Origin: Candidatus Gastranaerophilales bacterium | Lineage (GTDB): Bacteria > Cyanobacteriota > Vampirovibrionia > Gastranaerophilales > Gastranaerophilaceae | Direction of reading: 5' to 3' | Length of the DNA stretch: 64,000 nt | Assembly (NCBI GenBank): GCA_944323255.1 | Contig: CALURU010000012.1 | Location: forward strand, 3,459 to 67,458 | Shown here: one piece after another, positions 39,962-49,123 of the stretch | Layout: each line of letters starts with the position of its first letter | How positions within the stretch are numbered: the first letter of the stretch is position 1 | Notes under the pieces: generated by a model | What the model saw: only the letters and a program-made list of their open reading frames with translations | The model's database searches: none | Told to the model about the DNA's origin: nothing | Translations under genes and position numbers: made by a program

Positions 39962-39981
39962 GACTTTATTAAAAAAAACAA

Positions 39982-41343
39982 TTAATATCTTGCAAGATAT
40001 CTGTCGATTTCCCATTGAGAAACGTAAGTTCTGAAATCATCCCACTCAATTTCTTTTGCGGTCATAAATTCATCTAAAATATGGTCTCCGAGTGCAGTTT
40101 TGGCAATCAGTGATTTATCCATAAAATAGAGTGCTTCTTTCAAACTTCCAGGAAGAGATTCAATTCTCATTTTCTTTCTTTCTTTGTCGGAAAGCTTGTA
40201 AATATTAGCTTCTACCGGTTTTGGCGGTTCAATTTTGTTTCTTACGCCGTCAAGGCAGGCTGCAAGAATTGTTGCAAAAGCAAGATAAGGGTTGCAGCTA
40301 GGATCAGGCGAGCGAAGCTCTACACGTGTTGACATTCCTCGTTTTGCAGGAACTCTTAAAAGCGCACTTCTGTTTGCAAGCGACCACGCCATATATACTG
40401 GTGCTTCGTAGCCCGGAACGAGTCTTTTGTAGCTGTTTACAGTCGGGTTAAGAATTGCGGTTATGCTTTTAATATGTTTCAAAATCCCGCCGATTGCGTA
40501 TTTTGCTGTATCAGAAAGTTGATATTCAGCATTTTCATCGTAAAAAGCGTTTTTACCGTCCTTAAACAATGAGATATTGCAATGCATACCTGAACCGTTG
40601 ATTCCGAAAACAGGTTTCGGCATAAATGTTGCGTGAAGCCCGTATTGAGCGGCAACTGCTTTTACCGCAACTCTAAATGTTGCAACGTTATCGGCAGTTG
40701 TCAGGATATCCGAATACTTAAAATCGACTTCGTGCTGACCATCTGCAACTTCGTGATGGGAAGCTTCTATATCAAAATCCATTTCCTGCAGAGTGCTAAC
40801 AATATCTGCACGAACAGCTTCTCCTAAATCATCCGGTCCTACGTCATAATAACCGGCTCTGTCGTGGGTTTTTGTTGTAATATGTTCTTCCTCATCTTTT
40901 TCAAAGAGGAAAAATTCTGCTTCCGGCCCTACGTTCATTGAAAAGCCGAGCTTGTGGGCTTCTTCCATAAGCCTTTTGAGGTTGCATCTCGGGCAGCCTT
41001 CAAACGGAGTTCCATCTGCGTTATAAATATCGCAAATTAATCTTGCTGAATTTTTGCCGTCCCTTTCCTGCCAAGGTAAAATTTGGAAAGTATTTTTGTC
41101 AGGATAGAAAAACATATCAGAAGTTTCAATGTTTCTGAACCCTTTAATTGATGAGCCGTCAAGCATAATTTCATTATTAAGAATTCTGTCAATATGTTCC
41201 GAAGGTACTGCCATATTTTTAACCTGTCCGTTTATGTCAACGAATTGTAACTTGATAAACTGGACATTGTACTCTGTAATAAGTCTTTTGATGTCGGCAT
41301 CAGTGTAATTTGCGCCGTTTAGCGGCTGATGATGAAATTCCAT
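39982..41343 (-). CDS. glnA: Glutamine synthetase type I
   Basis: LDGSSIKGF, NVGPEAEFFLF, EASHHEVADGQHE, TFMPKPVFGINGSGMH, KRLVPGYEAP, RVELRSPDPSCNPYL. Confidence 0.98.
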   Translation of the reverse strand: MEFHHQPLNGANYTDADIKRLITEYNVQFIKLQFVDINGQVKNMAVPSEHIDRILNNEIMLDGSSIKGFRNIETSDMFFYPDKNTFQILPWQERDGKNSARLICDIYNADGTPFEGCPRCNLKRLMEEAHKLGFSMNVGPEAEFFLFEKDEEEHITTKTHDRAGYYDVGPDDLGEAVRADIVSTLQEMDFDIEASHHEVADGQHEVDFKYSDILTTADNVATFRVAVKAVAAQYGLHATFMPKPVFGINGSGMHCNISLFKDGKNAFYDENAEYQLSDTAKYAIGGILKHIKSITAILNPTVNSYKRLVPGYEAPVYMAWSLANRSALLRVPAKRGMSTRVELRSPDPSCNPYLAFATILAACLDGVRNKIEPPKPVEANIYKLSDKERKKMRIESLPGSLKEALYFMDKSLIAKTALGDHILDEFMTAKEIEWDDFRTYVSQWEIDRYLARY

Positions 41344-41373
41344 ACATTCCCTCCGATCTTTCTTAATAATAAT

Positions 41374-41425
41374 TGTACTAACTACACTAAAGCTTTATCG
41401 TATATTATTTTTTTAAATCGGTCAA
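41374..41425 (-). promoter_or_regulatory. glnA sigma70 promoter with a downstream TGTA-N5-TACA palindrome
   Basis: TTGACC (41425-41420), 17 bp, TACGAT (41402-41397); palindrome at 41374-41386. Confidence 0.5.
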
Positions 41426-41484
41426 TAGATTTGATATTAAGAATTTGTAAAGCAAAAAATATTTTTATGATTTTTATAATCTGT

Positions 41485-42681
41485 ATGAATTCATATTTAA
41501 ACCATATACCTGCACAGATTAAAAATTCCGCATTCCCTCTGACGAGGCTGAAATCGGAAAAGCTTGAAGGAATACAGAAAAATATTCCGTTGTTTGAGGG
41601 TGTAAATATGAGGGATATTGCGTTTTTGACCAAGCGGTTTGAGACTTTGAATTTATATAGAGGGTGCAGGGTTAATTGTTCTCACTGTCTGAAGGATGCC
41701 AAACCGCCTCAAAAAGGGCGTGAGACAATTTTGTTTGAAGATTTAATGAGGTTTCTGGACGGATTCAGGGAACTCGGGGAAAGGTTAGGATTCAATGTTT
41801 TTCAGGGAAATAAGTATGTTAATATCATTGATGATGCTAACCCTTCCGACATTCCGATAAGGGGCAAAGAGCGGACGCATAGCGTTGTTGAGGCTATTGA
41901 AAAAATTTATGACAAAATAAATCTTCCGGTAATTTTTGTAACTTCAGGCTGGAATCGGGCTTCCAAATACGCACAAAGTGCTGCGGAAGAGCTGGTTAAA
42001 CTTGCTCAAAAAAAGCCTGATTCAATTGAGTCGGTAGAAGTTTCCATAAATCCTTTTGCGGGAGTAATGGAAAAATCACGAGAAGCGTTAAAAGACGGAA
42101 ATTCTGATAAAGCGAAGTTTTTCAGAAATATTTATACGGATAGAATATCAAATACTCTGGCTGTTTTTCTTAAACTTTTTGAGAGTGGAAAAGCCCGCAT
42201 AATATACCGCCACGCACCTGATTATGAGGGAAATGAACTTGTAGGCGCTCAGGAAACCCGCAGACTTTACGAAGAAATTTATGCAAAGCTCGGAGAAAAA
42301 ACAGGCTCTGCGCTTGATTTTATACCTGAATTGAAGCCCAAAAACCTTACAAAATTTGATAAATCTCACCTGATTGAGCCTAGCGGAAGAGGAAGACGGT
42401 ATTTTCCTGCGGATAAAAACTTAAAAGAGCAGTCCGAACTTATTGATGAAGCCATGGATTGGGAGATGATGAGTCCTGATGAGAGGCGAAAAATGCTTCT
42501 TGATTGTGCTCTCAAGTGCGTTGATATTGACGGAAGTGTTTACGCAACAATGCCTGCAAATAAAGTAGAGCACATTTTTGCGCCTGTAGAGTTAACAATT
42601 CCTGCAAATATAAAACTGAATTACGAAAACAAAACTCCCGCAGGAAATATATTCAGTGACATTGAGTTTATAGGCGGCTGA
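41485..42681 (+). CDS. Orphan radical-SAM-like protein
   Basis: LNLYRGCRVNCSHC (CxxxCxxC, 41665-41688); ATG 41485 chosen because the ORF-track start overlaps glnA. Confidence 0.65.
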   Translation: MNSYLNHIPAQIKNSAFPLTRLKSEKLEGIQKNIPLFEGVNMRDIAFLTKRFETLNLYRGCRVNCSHCLKDAKPPQKGRETILFEDLMRFLDGFRELGERLGFNVFQGNKYVNIIDDANPSDIPIRGKERTHSVVEAIEKIYDKINLPVIFVTSGWNRASKYAQSAAEELVKLAQKKPDSIESVEVSINPFAGVMEKSREALKDGNSDKAKFFRNIYTDRISNTLAVFLKLFESGKARIIYRHAPDYEGNELVGAQETRRLYEEIYAKLGEKTGSALDFIPELKPKNLTKFDKSHLIEPSGRGRRYFPADKNLKEQSELIDEAMDWEMMSPDERRKMLLDCALKCVDIDGSVYATMPANKVEHIFAPVELTIPANIKLNYENKTPAGNIFSDIEFIGG

Positions 42682-42749
42682 GAGGAAAAGCAATAATCTG
42701 ACAATATGGCTCATCTATGGTATAATAAAACCCATTGAAGGAGAAATAT

Positions 42750-44006
42750 ATGAACAAATTAAAAATCGGAATTATCGGACTCGGAACTGTAGGCTGCGGT
42801 GTTTATAAAACATTACAGAATGTAGATAATGTTGAAATTGTACAGATTGCGGTTAAAAATATAAATAAGCAGAGAGGCGTAGACGTACCGTCCGGCATGC
42901 TTACCGATAATCCCTATGAAATTGTTAATAATCCTTTAATAGACGTGGTTGTAGAACTAATTGGCGGTGTAGAACCTGCATATGATTATATTGCAGCTGC
43001 TATTAAAAACGGGAAACATATTGTTACTGCAAATAAAGAACTTCTTGCAAAAAGAGGGGAAGAATTATTTAATCTCGCAGAAGAGAATAACAGAGTAGTG
43101 CTGTATGAAGCGGCAATAGCAGGCGGTATTCCAATAATAATGCCTATTAAAACAATCCTTGCAGGAAATAAAATAAATAAAATCCATGCAATTCTCAACG
43201 GAACAACAAATTATATTCTGACCAAAATGGATGTTGACGGTGCTTCATACGAGGACGTTTTGAAAGAAGCACAGCTGCTCGGATATGCAGAAACTGATCC
43301 GACAGGCGATGTTGAAGGTTTTGATGCCGCATACAAGATTACAACGCTCGCAACTATTGCTTTTAAAAAACGGGTTAAAATTGAAAATGTTTACAGAGAA
43401 GGTATAACTAAAATCAGAAAAGAAGATATGGCAAAGGCTAACGAATTCGGGTTCAAAATCAAGCTTATTGCAAGTGCTACAATTGATGAGAATGATAATG
43501 CAGATGTAAGAGTTCATCCGATGCTTGTGCCAAAAGACAATTTGCTTGCACATACGGACTATGTAACAAATGCAGTTCTTATAAGCGGTCATCCGATAGG
43601 AAGCATAGTTCTTTCCGGTCCTGGAGCGGGCGAGTTTCCGACTGCAAGCTCTGTTGTCGGAGATATTCTTGCAATAGCTGCAGAATTTGGGAAAACGGAT
43701 TATCTTCTGCCGATGATGAGATGCAATCATACTTCTAAGGCAAATCCAGTAAACATTGATAATACTTATAATAAATATTACATATCAATTACTGCTCCAA
43801 ACGCAATCGGTGTAATCGCAAAAATCGGAACGATATGTGCCAGCAAGAACATAAGCCTTTCAAGCATTCTTCAAAAAGGTGTTTCTGAGGATAATACAGC
43901 GGATATTACAGTTATTACCGAAAGCTGTCAGGAAAAACTTATTAAAGAAGTCGTAAACGAACTAAGCGATTGCACGGTAAACAGCTTGATACGTGTTGCG
44001 GGTTAA
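42750..44006 (+). CDS. hom: Homoserine dehydrogenase with C-terminal ACT domain
   Basis: IGIIGLGTVG, HIVTANKELLA, YEAAIAGGIP, ILNGTTNYIL, GYAETDPTGDVEG, GPGAG..TASSV. Confidence 0.97.
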   Translation: MNKLKIGIIGLGTVGCGVYKTLQNVDNVEIVQIAVKNINKQRGVDVPSGMLTDNPYEIVNNPLIDVVVELIGGVEPAYDYIAAAIKNGKHIVTANKELLAKRGEELFNLAEENNRVVLYEAAIAGGIPIIMPIKTILAGNKINKIHAILNGTTNYILTKMDVDGASYEDVLKEAQLLGYAETDPTGDVEGFDAAYKITTLATIAFKKRVKIENVYREGITKIRKEDMAKANEFGFKIKLIASATIDENDNADVRVHPMLVPKDNLLAHTDYVTNAVLISGHPIGSIVLSGPGAGEFPTASSVVGDILAIAAEFGKTDYLLPMMRCNHTSKANPVNIDNTYNKYYISITAPNAIGVIAKIGTICASKNISLSSILQKGVSEDNTADITVITESCQEKLIKEVVNELSDCTVNSLIRVAG

Positions 44007-44043
44007 TTAAGAGCAGGCATGCGGAAAATAATTTTTATATAGA

Positions 44044-44073
44044 AAAAAGCAGGCAATCAGGAGCCTGCTTTTT
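44044..44073. terminator. Bidirectional terminator between hom and the SLH gene
   Basis: AAAAAGCAGGC-N8-GCCTGCTTTTT. Confidence 0.85.
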
Positions 44074-44098
44074 CTTGTTTTAGCGAACGACTTACTTA

Positions 44099-46048
44099 CT
44101 ATTCGCCGCTGCAACCAAATGCAATGGTTACACGTTCTTTTGGATTGATGGCAGAAATTTTGTATCCCTTAGCGTCAACTAAGTATCCGACTTCGTCGCC
44201 GGTTGCCTGTACTAAGCCGACAGTACCGGAAATTGCAGTTCTTGTAAGGTCGATAGGAGCTTTGATTGTGTCCTTAACAACATCGCCGACACTTCTTGCA
44301 GATGCCATAAACTGACCCTGGAAGGCTTCACCTAAGGCAATACCTGTACCGGAAGCTACGTCTTCAAGTGCGTTACCAAGGTTAGATAACATACCGCCTG
44401 TTGTACGACCTACAATACCTAACATCTGACCGCCCCATGTAAGAGGTGCCGTAACGATTCTTGATACAATGTTCGGTGTATTAGACTTGTTGATTTCAGC
44501 GTTAAGGATTTGTCTAGGAAGTGTTGCTTTGCAGCCGCAGTTTTCAATTTCAGTGAATGCAAGTTTCAATGCACCCTTTTGGCATCCTGAAGGTCTTACA
44601 ACTTCTACAACTTTACCGTAAACTTTTGATCCGCAAGGGAATAATTTACCGTTGATTGTAACATCTTCTAATGTCTTAGCTGCAAATCTTTGTCCTACGT
44701 GAGAAGATTTTGCACTGACTTGATCTTTGAATTCCAACTGAAGTGTAGGAATTTGAACAAGTTCTTCGTTTTCAATAAATGCTTTCTTGTCAACAGGACA
44801 CATAGGGCAATCGTTGTTTGCTGTTACAGGGTTTTTGTCAATGCCTGCTGCTACACGAATGTTTTGTAACATAGCTGCGATATCAGCACGGGAAGCATCC
44901 TTAAACGGTGCAATAGTATTAGGGTTAGGTGAGTTATTCAAAGCACCTTTATCTAATGCAATTGCGATAGGAATTTGAGCCCATTCAGGAACTGTGTTTC
45001 CGTCGCAGTATTTAGACAAGATTTCTTGAGCTTTGCATTTGTCCATAGTTGGACATTGAATACCCTTAGATAATGCACAGAGTGCTTCTGCTCTTGTTAC
45101 ATTGTGGTTTGGAAGGAATTTGCCGTCAGGATATCCCTTGAGCAAGTCCTGATGAACCGCAACTGTAATAGCTGAATTTGCCCAGTGGTTTGTAGGAACG
45201 TCTGAGAATAGTTTTTCAGGTGCGCAAGAGTACATGTCTTTGTTAAAACCTTTAACTAACATAGTTGCAAATTCTGCACGTGAAATATTCTTAGACGGTT
45301 TGAATAATCTGTCCGGATAACCTACAACAACATCATTTGTTGCAAGTTTATCGATTTCGCAAGAAGCCCAGTATCCGTCAGGAACGTCAGGGAACATTTG
45401 CAAGCCTGCTGCTGCACCTGTCATGTTGCTGAAAGGTGAAAGGTCAAACGGTACTAATGTCTTTTTAACGGCTTGAATTGAGTTTGCCGTACCCATCTGA
45501 ATAGGGCAGCCGTTACCGTCTATTTTTGCTTCATCTCTTACAATCGGCGCACCAGTGTGTCTCGGCATATCGTTTAGACAAGGAATGTCTGTTGCCGCAC
45601 CCGTAATTGAGCCGTCAGAAGCTACAGTTGTACCCATTGTTCCTGCTGTAAGTTTGTTAATTTCTCTGTTTACCGAAAAACCTTCTGCTGTGTAGATAGA
45701 ATCTTTTTCTGTACCTACAAAATTGTTGTAACCGTAAACAGCGTTAGGATAAGAGTAAACCTGTTTCATATCTGCACGTGACAGATCTTTTGTTCCCGGG
45801 CAAAGTGCACATGAAGGAACCGGATCAGGTTCGCACTCCGGAGCGGCATTACATCCGCAATCCGGTGCCGGAGTAGGATCACAAGGACAGGCAGCACCTG
45901 TAATTTCAGGAATGTCATCGCAAGGACACGCACCCTGTGTTACTACAGGTTTTTGGTCGCACGGGCAGGCTGCCATTACCGTATTGAACGAACACGTTGC
46001 TATCCCAACGGCAATTGCAGCTGCCACAGTAAGTTTTCTAATCGTCAT
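44099..46048 (-). CDS. S-layer homology (SLH) domain protein with Cys-rich N-terminus
   Basis: FPDVPDGYWA..VVGYPDRLFKP..ISRAEFA; FSDVPTNHWA..KGYPDGKFLP..VTRAEA; third SLH ASRADIA; ATG 46048 after GGAGG. Confidence 0.9.
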   Translation of the reverse strand: MTIRKLTVAAAIAVGIATCSFNTVMAACPCDQKPVVTQGACPCDDIPEITGAACPCDPTPAPDCGCNAAPECEPDPVPSCALCPGTKDLSRADMKQVYSYPNAVYGYNNFVGTEKDSIYTAEGFSVNREINKLTAGTMGTTVASDGSITGAATDIPCLNDMPRHTGAPIVRDEAKIDGNGCPIQMGTANSIQAVKKTLVPFDLSPFSNMTGAAAGLQMFPDVPDGYWASCEIDKLATNDVVVGYPDRLFKPSKNISRAEFATMLVKGFNKDMYSCAPEKLFSDVPTNHWANSAITVAVHQDLLKGYPDGKFLPNHNVTRAEALCALSKGIQCPTMDKCKAQEILSKYCDGNTVPEWAQIPIAIALDKGALNNSPNPNTIAPFKDASRADIAAMLQNIRVAAGIDKNPVTANNDCPMCPVDKKAFIENEELVQIPTLQLEFKDQVSAKSSHVGQRFAAKTLEDVTINGKLFPCGSKVYGKVVEVVRPSGCQKGALKLAFTEIENCGCKATLPRQILNAEINKSNTPNIVSRIVTAPLTWGGQMLGIVGRTTGGMLSNLGNALEDVASGTGIALGEAFQGQFMASARSVGDVVKDTIKAPIDLTRTAISGTVGLVQATGDEVGYLVDAKGYKISAINPKERVTIAFGCSGE

Positions 46049-46158
46049 TTTAACCTCCTTTGGTATTAGGTGTGGAGTAGATTTACGTTCATTCTGCAAA
46101 CTTCATTTACCCCTTTTATATGGAGCAGTGGTTTTAGCTCCTTTGAAACTTCTTATCG

Positions 46159-46277
46159 GTTGAATAGTTGAAAAGTTGAAAGGTTGAATAGTTTGTTTTA
46201 AACTGATCTTCGTGCAGATTAGTAAACATTGCAGATTTTTTTAACTTTTCAACTGTTCAACTTATCCACTTTTCAAC
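46159..46277. repeat. Four GTTGAA(A/T)N octamers followed by five inverted copies
   Basis: 46159-46190 forward; 46238-46277 inverted (ttttcaac, tgttcaac...). Confidence 0.85.
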
Positions 46278-46416
46278 TGTATTTCATTGACACCTAAATT
46301 ATGGAGTTTTTCGCAAATTAAATCATTACCAAAAAAGAGAGTCCAGTCGGGTTATTAGAAGTTTTATTAACTTTTGTACCGCTGAACTCTCTCTGGTTTC
46401 TTATCCTGTAATTATA

Positions 46417-48006
46417 CTAATTCAGGCTTGTAGTAAAATCTTCTGCCGAAAATTCTTTGCCTGTCAATTGTTTGATTAAATCGTATTCTTCCACGGAAGC
46501 ACCAAATTTGAAGATATTTTCATCCATATATTTTGAGCTCTCCGGATTTTCGGTGATATTTCCAAGCTTTGATTTCAGAAAATTATAAATCTGAACCTTC
46601 ATAAGATTTGCTCTAAAATAATTCTGATAGTATGCCGGATGAGAAAGATAATGCGGAATTGTCGCCCACTCGTTATCCGCTTTAGTTTTTCTGTTTAAAT
46701 ATTTATAAGTCAAATTATTCCAGAGCTCTTTCGGATTCTGCTCCGGATTTGCGTAAAATTGACGTTCAAAATCGATTATAAGAAGACTTTTTGCTACAAA
46801 ACCCGCTTCATCTTCTATGTGTGTTGCCTTAAATTTCTCCAAAAGCTCGGCAGGAATAATTCCGGCTAAAACATTTTCAGTCTTGATAATATCACCCATC
46901 ATCATTGCAATCGCTTCCGTAACGGCAGGAGAAGAAGCACGTTTATCAAGGTATGTGAGCGAAAGCGAAATCCCTAAATCATAAACGCAGTGTCCGAGTT
47001 CATGATTCAGCGTATCAAGGCTTGTAACATTGTTTGTAAGGTTCGCCAATATCCTTGAATCCTTTCCGGTTTCTACGCCAAAACAGAAGCCGTGGGTGTT
47101 TTTACCTTTTCTTGGAAATAAATCCAGAGTAATTTTTCCCTCTTTCTCAAACTCATCTATATCATAACCCATATTTTTATACATGCTTTTTGAAATCGAA
47201 ACAATGTCTTGAGCCTCCAAAATTTTATTCACCCCTTTTTCAACCCTTTTTACAAGTTGAGCTTGAGCCTCTAAAATTTCATTTACCCCTTTTTCTGGAT
47301 TTGTGTCCAGTAGCAAACCATAATGGTAATTTTCTAAGGAGTTTATTCCAAAAAATTCTTTTAATTCATTTTGCTTCCTAGATAAAATCTCGTTAATTTT
47401 ATTATTTGATTCTGAATAAGTTTCATCTATTAATTTGTCCAGAAAGTCGAAATCTACATCATAATCCTCTTTAAGCTTGTATTCAAAATAATTTTTGTAC
47501 CCTTTGTTTTGTGCAAAACTGTTTCTCATCCTGACAAATTCGACCATGTCATCTGCAATTAAATCTCCGCCCTTGATTTTGGCATCATAAGCTTTTTGGC
47601 GCTTCTCCGGATTGGTTTCCGTTTGCAGAATCTTAAAAATCTCTGTTTTTGTAACCTCTTTTCCGTCAATTTGGGGAATATAAGAATTAAACTTTTTGGC
47701 TATTTCATTTTCTTTTTGCCTTAAAGCTTTCAGCTCTTCACCTGTGTTTAATTCTTCATCAAACTCTTTTAATAAATCTTTAAGCTGCTTTTGTTCGTGT
47801 TTTGAAAGGGGATTTTTATCAACTGTTTTAAATTTTTCATAAAATTCTTCATTTCTGAAAAGCTTTGAGTATTCTTCCTGAACTTCTTCGTATTTTTTCA
47901 AGTTTTCAGGGGTCGAGTTTGTATAAAAATCCCAGCAGGATTTTTCCAGTGCGATAGAAACCCGTTCTAAATCTTTGCAAAACTCATCTCGTAATTCATT
48001 AAACAT
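46417..48006 (-). CDS. M3/M2-like zinc oligopeptidase
   Basis: DLFPRKGKNTHGFC, TLNHELGHCVY (HExxH), EAIAM, WATIPHY..PAYYQNYFRA. Confidence 0.88.
   Translation of the reverse strand: MFNELRDEFCKDLERVSIALEKSCWDFYTNSTPENLKKYEEVQEEYSKLFRNEEFYEKFKTVDKNPLSKHEQKQLKDLLKEFDEELNTGEELKALRQKENEIAKKFNSYIPQIDGKEVTKTEIFKILQTETNPEKRQKAYDAKIKGGDLIADDMVEFVRMRNSFAQNKGYKNYFEYKLKEDYDVDFDFLDKLIDETYSESNNKINEILSRKQNELKEFFGINSLENYHYGLLLDTNPEKGVNEILEAQAQLVKRVEKGVNKILEAQDIVSISKSMYKNMGYDIDEFEKEGKITLDLFPRKGKNTHGFCFGVETGKDSRILANLTNNVTSLDTLNHELGHCVYDLGISLSLTYLDKRASSPAVTEAIAMMMGDIIKTENVLAGIIPAELLEKFKATHIEDEAGFVAKSLLIIDFERQFYANPEQNPKELWNNLTYKYLNRKTKADNEWATIPHYLSHPAYYQNYFRANLMKVQIYNFLKSKLGNITENPESSKYMDENIFKFGASVEEYDLIKQLTGKEFSAEDFTTSLN
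47206..47293 (-). repeat. In-frame 54-bp-period duplication inside the M3 peptidase
   Basis: EKGVNEILEAQ-AQLVKRV-EKGVNKILEAQ; ACCCC cores at 47231 and 47285. Confidence 0.9.
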
Positions 48007-48128
48007 AATTATCTCCTATTTTATATAATTATAATTCCAAATAATTTATATAGGAAAAAGTTTAATATGTCTGTAGGATTACCGGCATAGCCGGTATCAA
48101 TTTAGAGGTAAAGACTCTTCAAAACTTT

Positions 48129-49058
48129 TTACATTTCTTCATCGATATATGTCTTAAATTTCTCCACACGCTCAACTTTCCTCAACTTCTGCAAAGCGAT
48201 ATTTTCAAGCTGCCGGATTCGTTCTTTCGAAAAGCCCATGTCATTTCCAATCTGTTCAAGCGTCTTAGGCTCTTCGTTTCCGATTCCGAATCTTCTTATT
48301 AATATCTCACGTTCACGATTATCGAGTTTGTTTAATAGACGTTTTATGTCTTTTTTGCGGAGATTGATTTGCGCATTACTCTCCGGCGAGGTATACGAAG
48401 TGTCTTCTACATAATCCTGTATACATAAATCATCTGTTACAAAAGTATCAAGACTTATCGGTTCTTTTTTAAGTGCATTTTTGACTTCGTCAATCTTTTT
48501 GCTGTCTAAACCTGACAATTTTGAAATTGTCTCTTCGTCCACTTCCATATTCTCATCATAAGCCGCTATACTGCAAGCTTTTTTATACTTTCTTATTTTT
48601 TCAAGCATATGAACAGGAATCCGAATTGTTCTTGAATGGTTGGAAATTGCTCTTATAATTGTCTGCTTAATCCACCAGGTTGCATAAGTTGAAAACTTAA
48701 AATTCTTTTTGTAATCAAATTTTTCGGCGGCTTTAATTAAGCCCAGAGAACCCTCCTGTACCAAATCCATAAACAGAATTCCCTGCCCGATATACTTTTT
48801 GGCAATACTTACAACCAATCTTAAATTAGCCTGTATAAGTTCTCTTTTTGCCTGTTCCCTCTCACGAATGTTTCCTTCCTGAATCCTCCGTCCAAGCTCA
48901 ACTTCCTCACTTTTTGTAAGCATTTTTTTTCTGCCGATTTCTTTCAGATACATTTGCAGAATATCATCATTGTTAACAATTGTACTGAATGTTCTCGGCA
49001 AATTAGATTCCATTTCGGTGCTGTCTATATATTCAGCATTATTAAACGCTCTGCTCAT
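48129..49058 (-). CDS. RpoD/RpoS-like sigma-70 factor lacking region 1.1 (group-2-like)
   Basis: [67 protein letters not shown]. Confidence 0.92.
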   Translation of the reverse strand: MSRAFNNAEYIDSTEMESNLPRTFSTIVNNDDILQMYLKEIGRKKMLTKSEEVELGRRIQEGNIREREQAKRELIQANLRLVVSIAKKYIGQGILFMDLVQEGSLGLIKAAEKFDYKKNFKFSTYATWWIKQTIIRAISNHSRTIRIPVHMLEKIRKYKKACSIAAYDENMEVDEETISKLSGLDSKKIDEVKNALKKEPISLDTFVTDDLCIQDYVEDTSYTSPESNAQINLRKKDIKRLLNKLDNREREILIRRFGIGNEEPKTLEQIGNDMGFSKERIRQLENIALQKLRKVERVEKFKTYIDEEM

Positions 49059-49123
49059 CTTATTTTCTCCTCTCAAGCTATTCTAAACTGTAAGACGAAA
49101 AAAAATAAAAAAAGTTCCATTAT

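Noticed and set aside
41344-41484. NtcA or GlnR box, or glutamine riboswitch, upstream of glnA
   Set aside because: The palindrome spacing (N5) fits neither box, and the leader is too short and AT-rich for the riboswitch.
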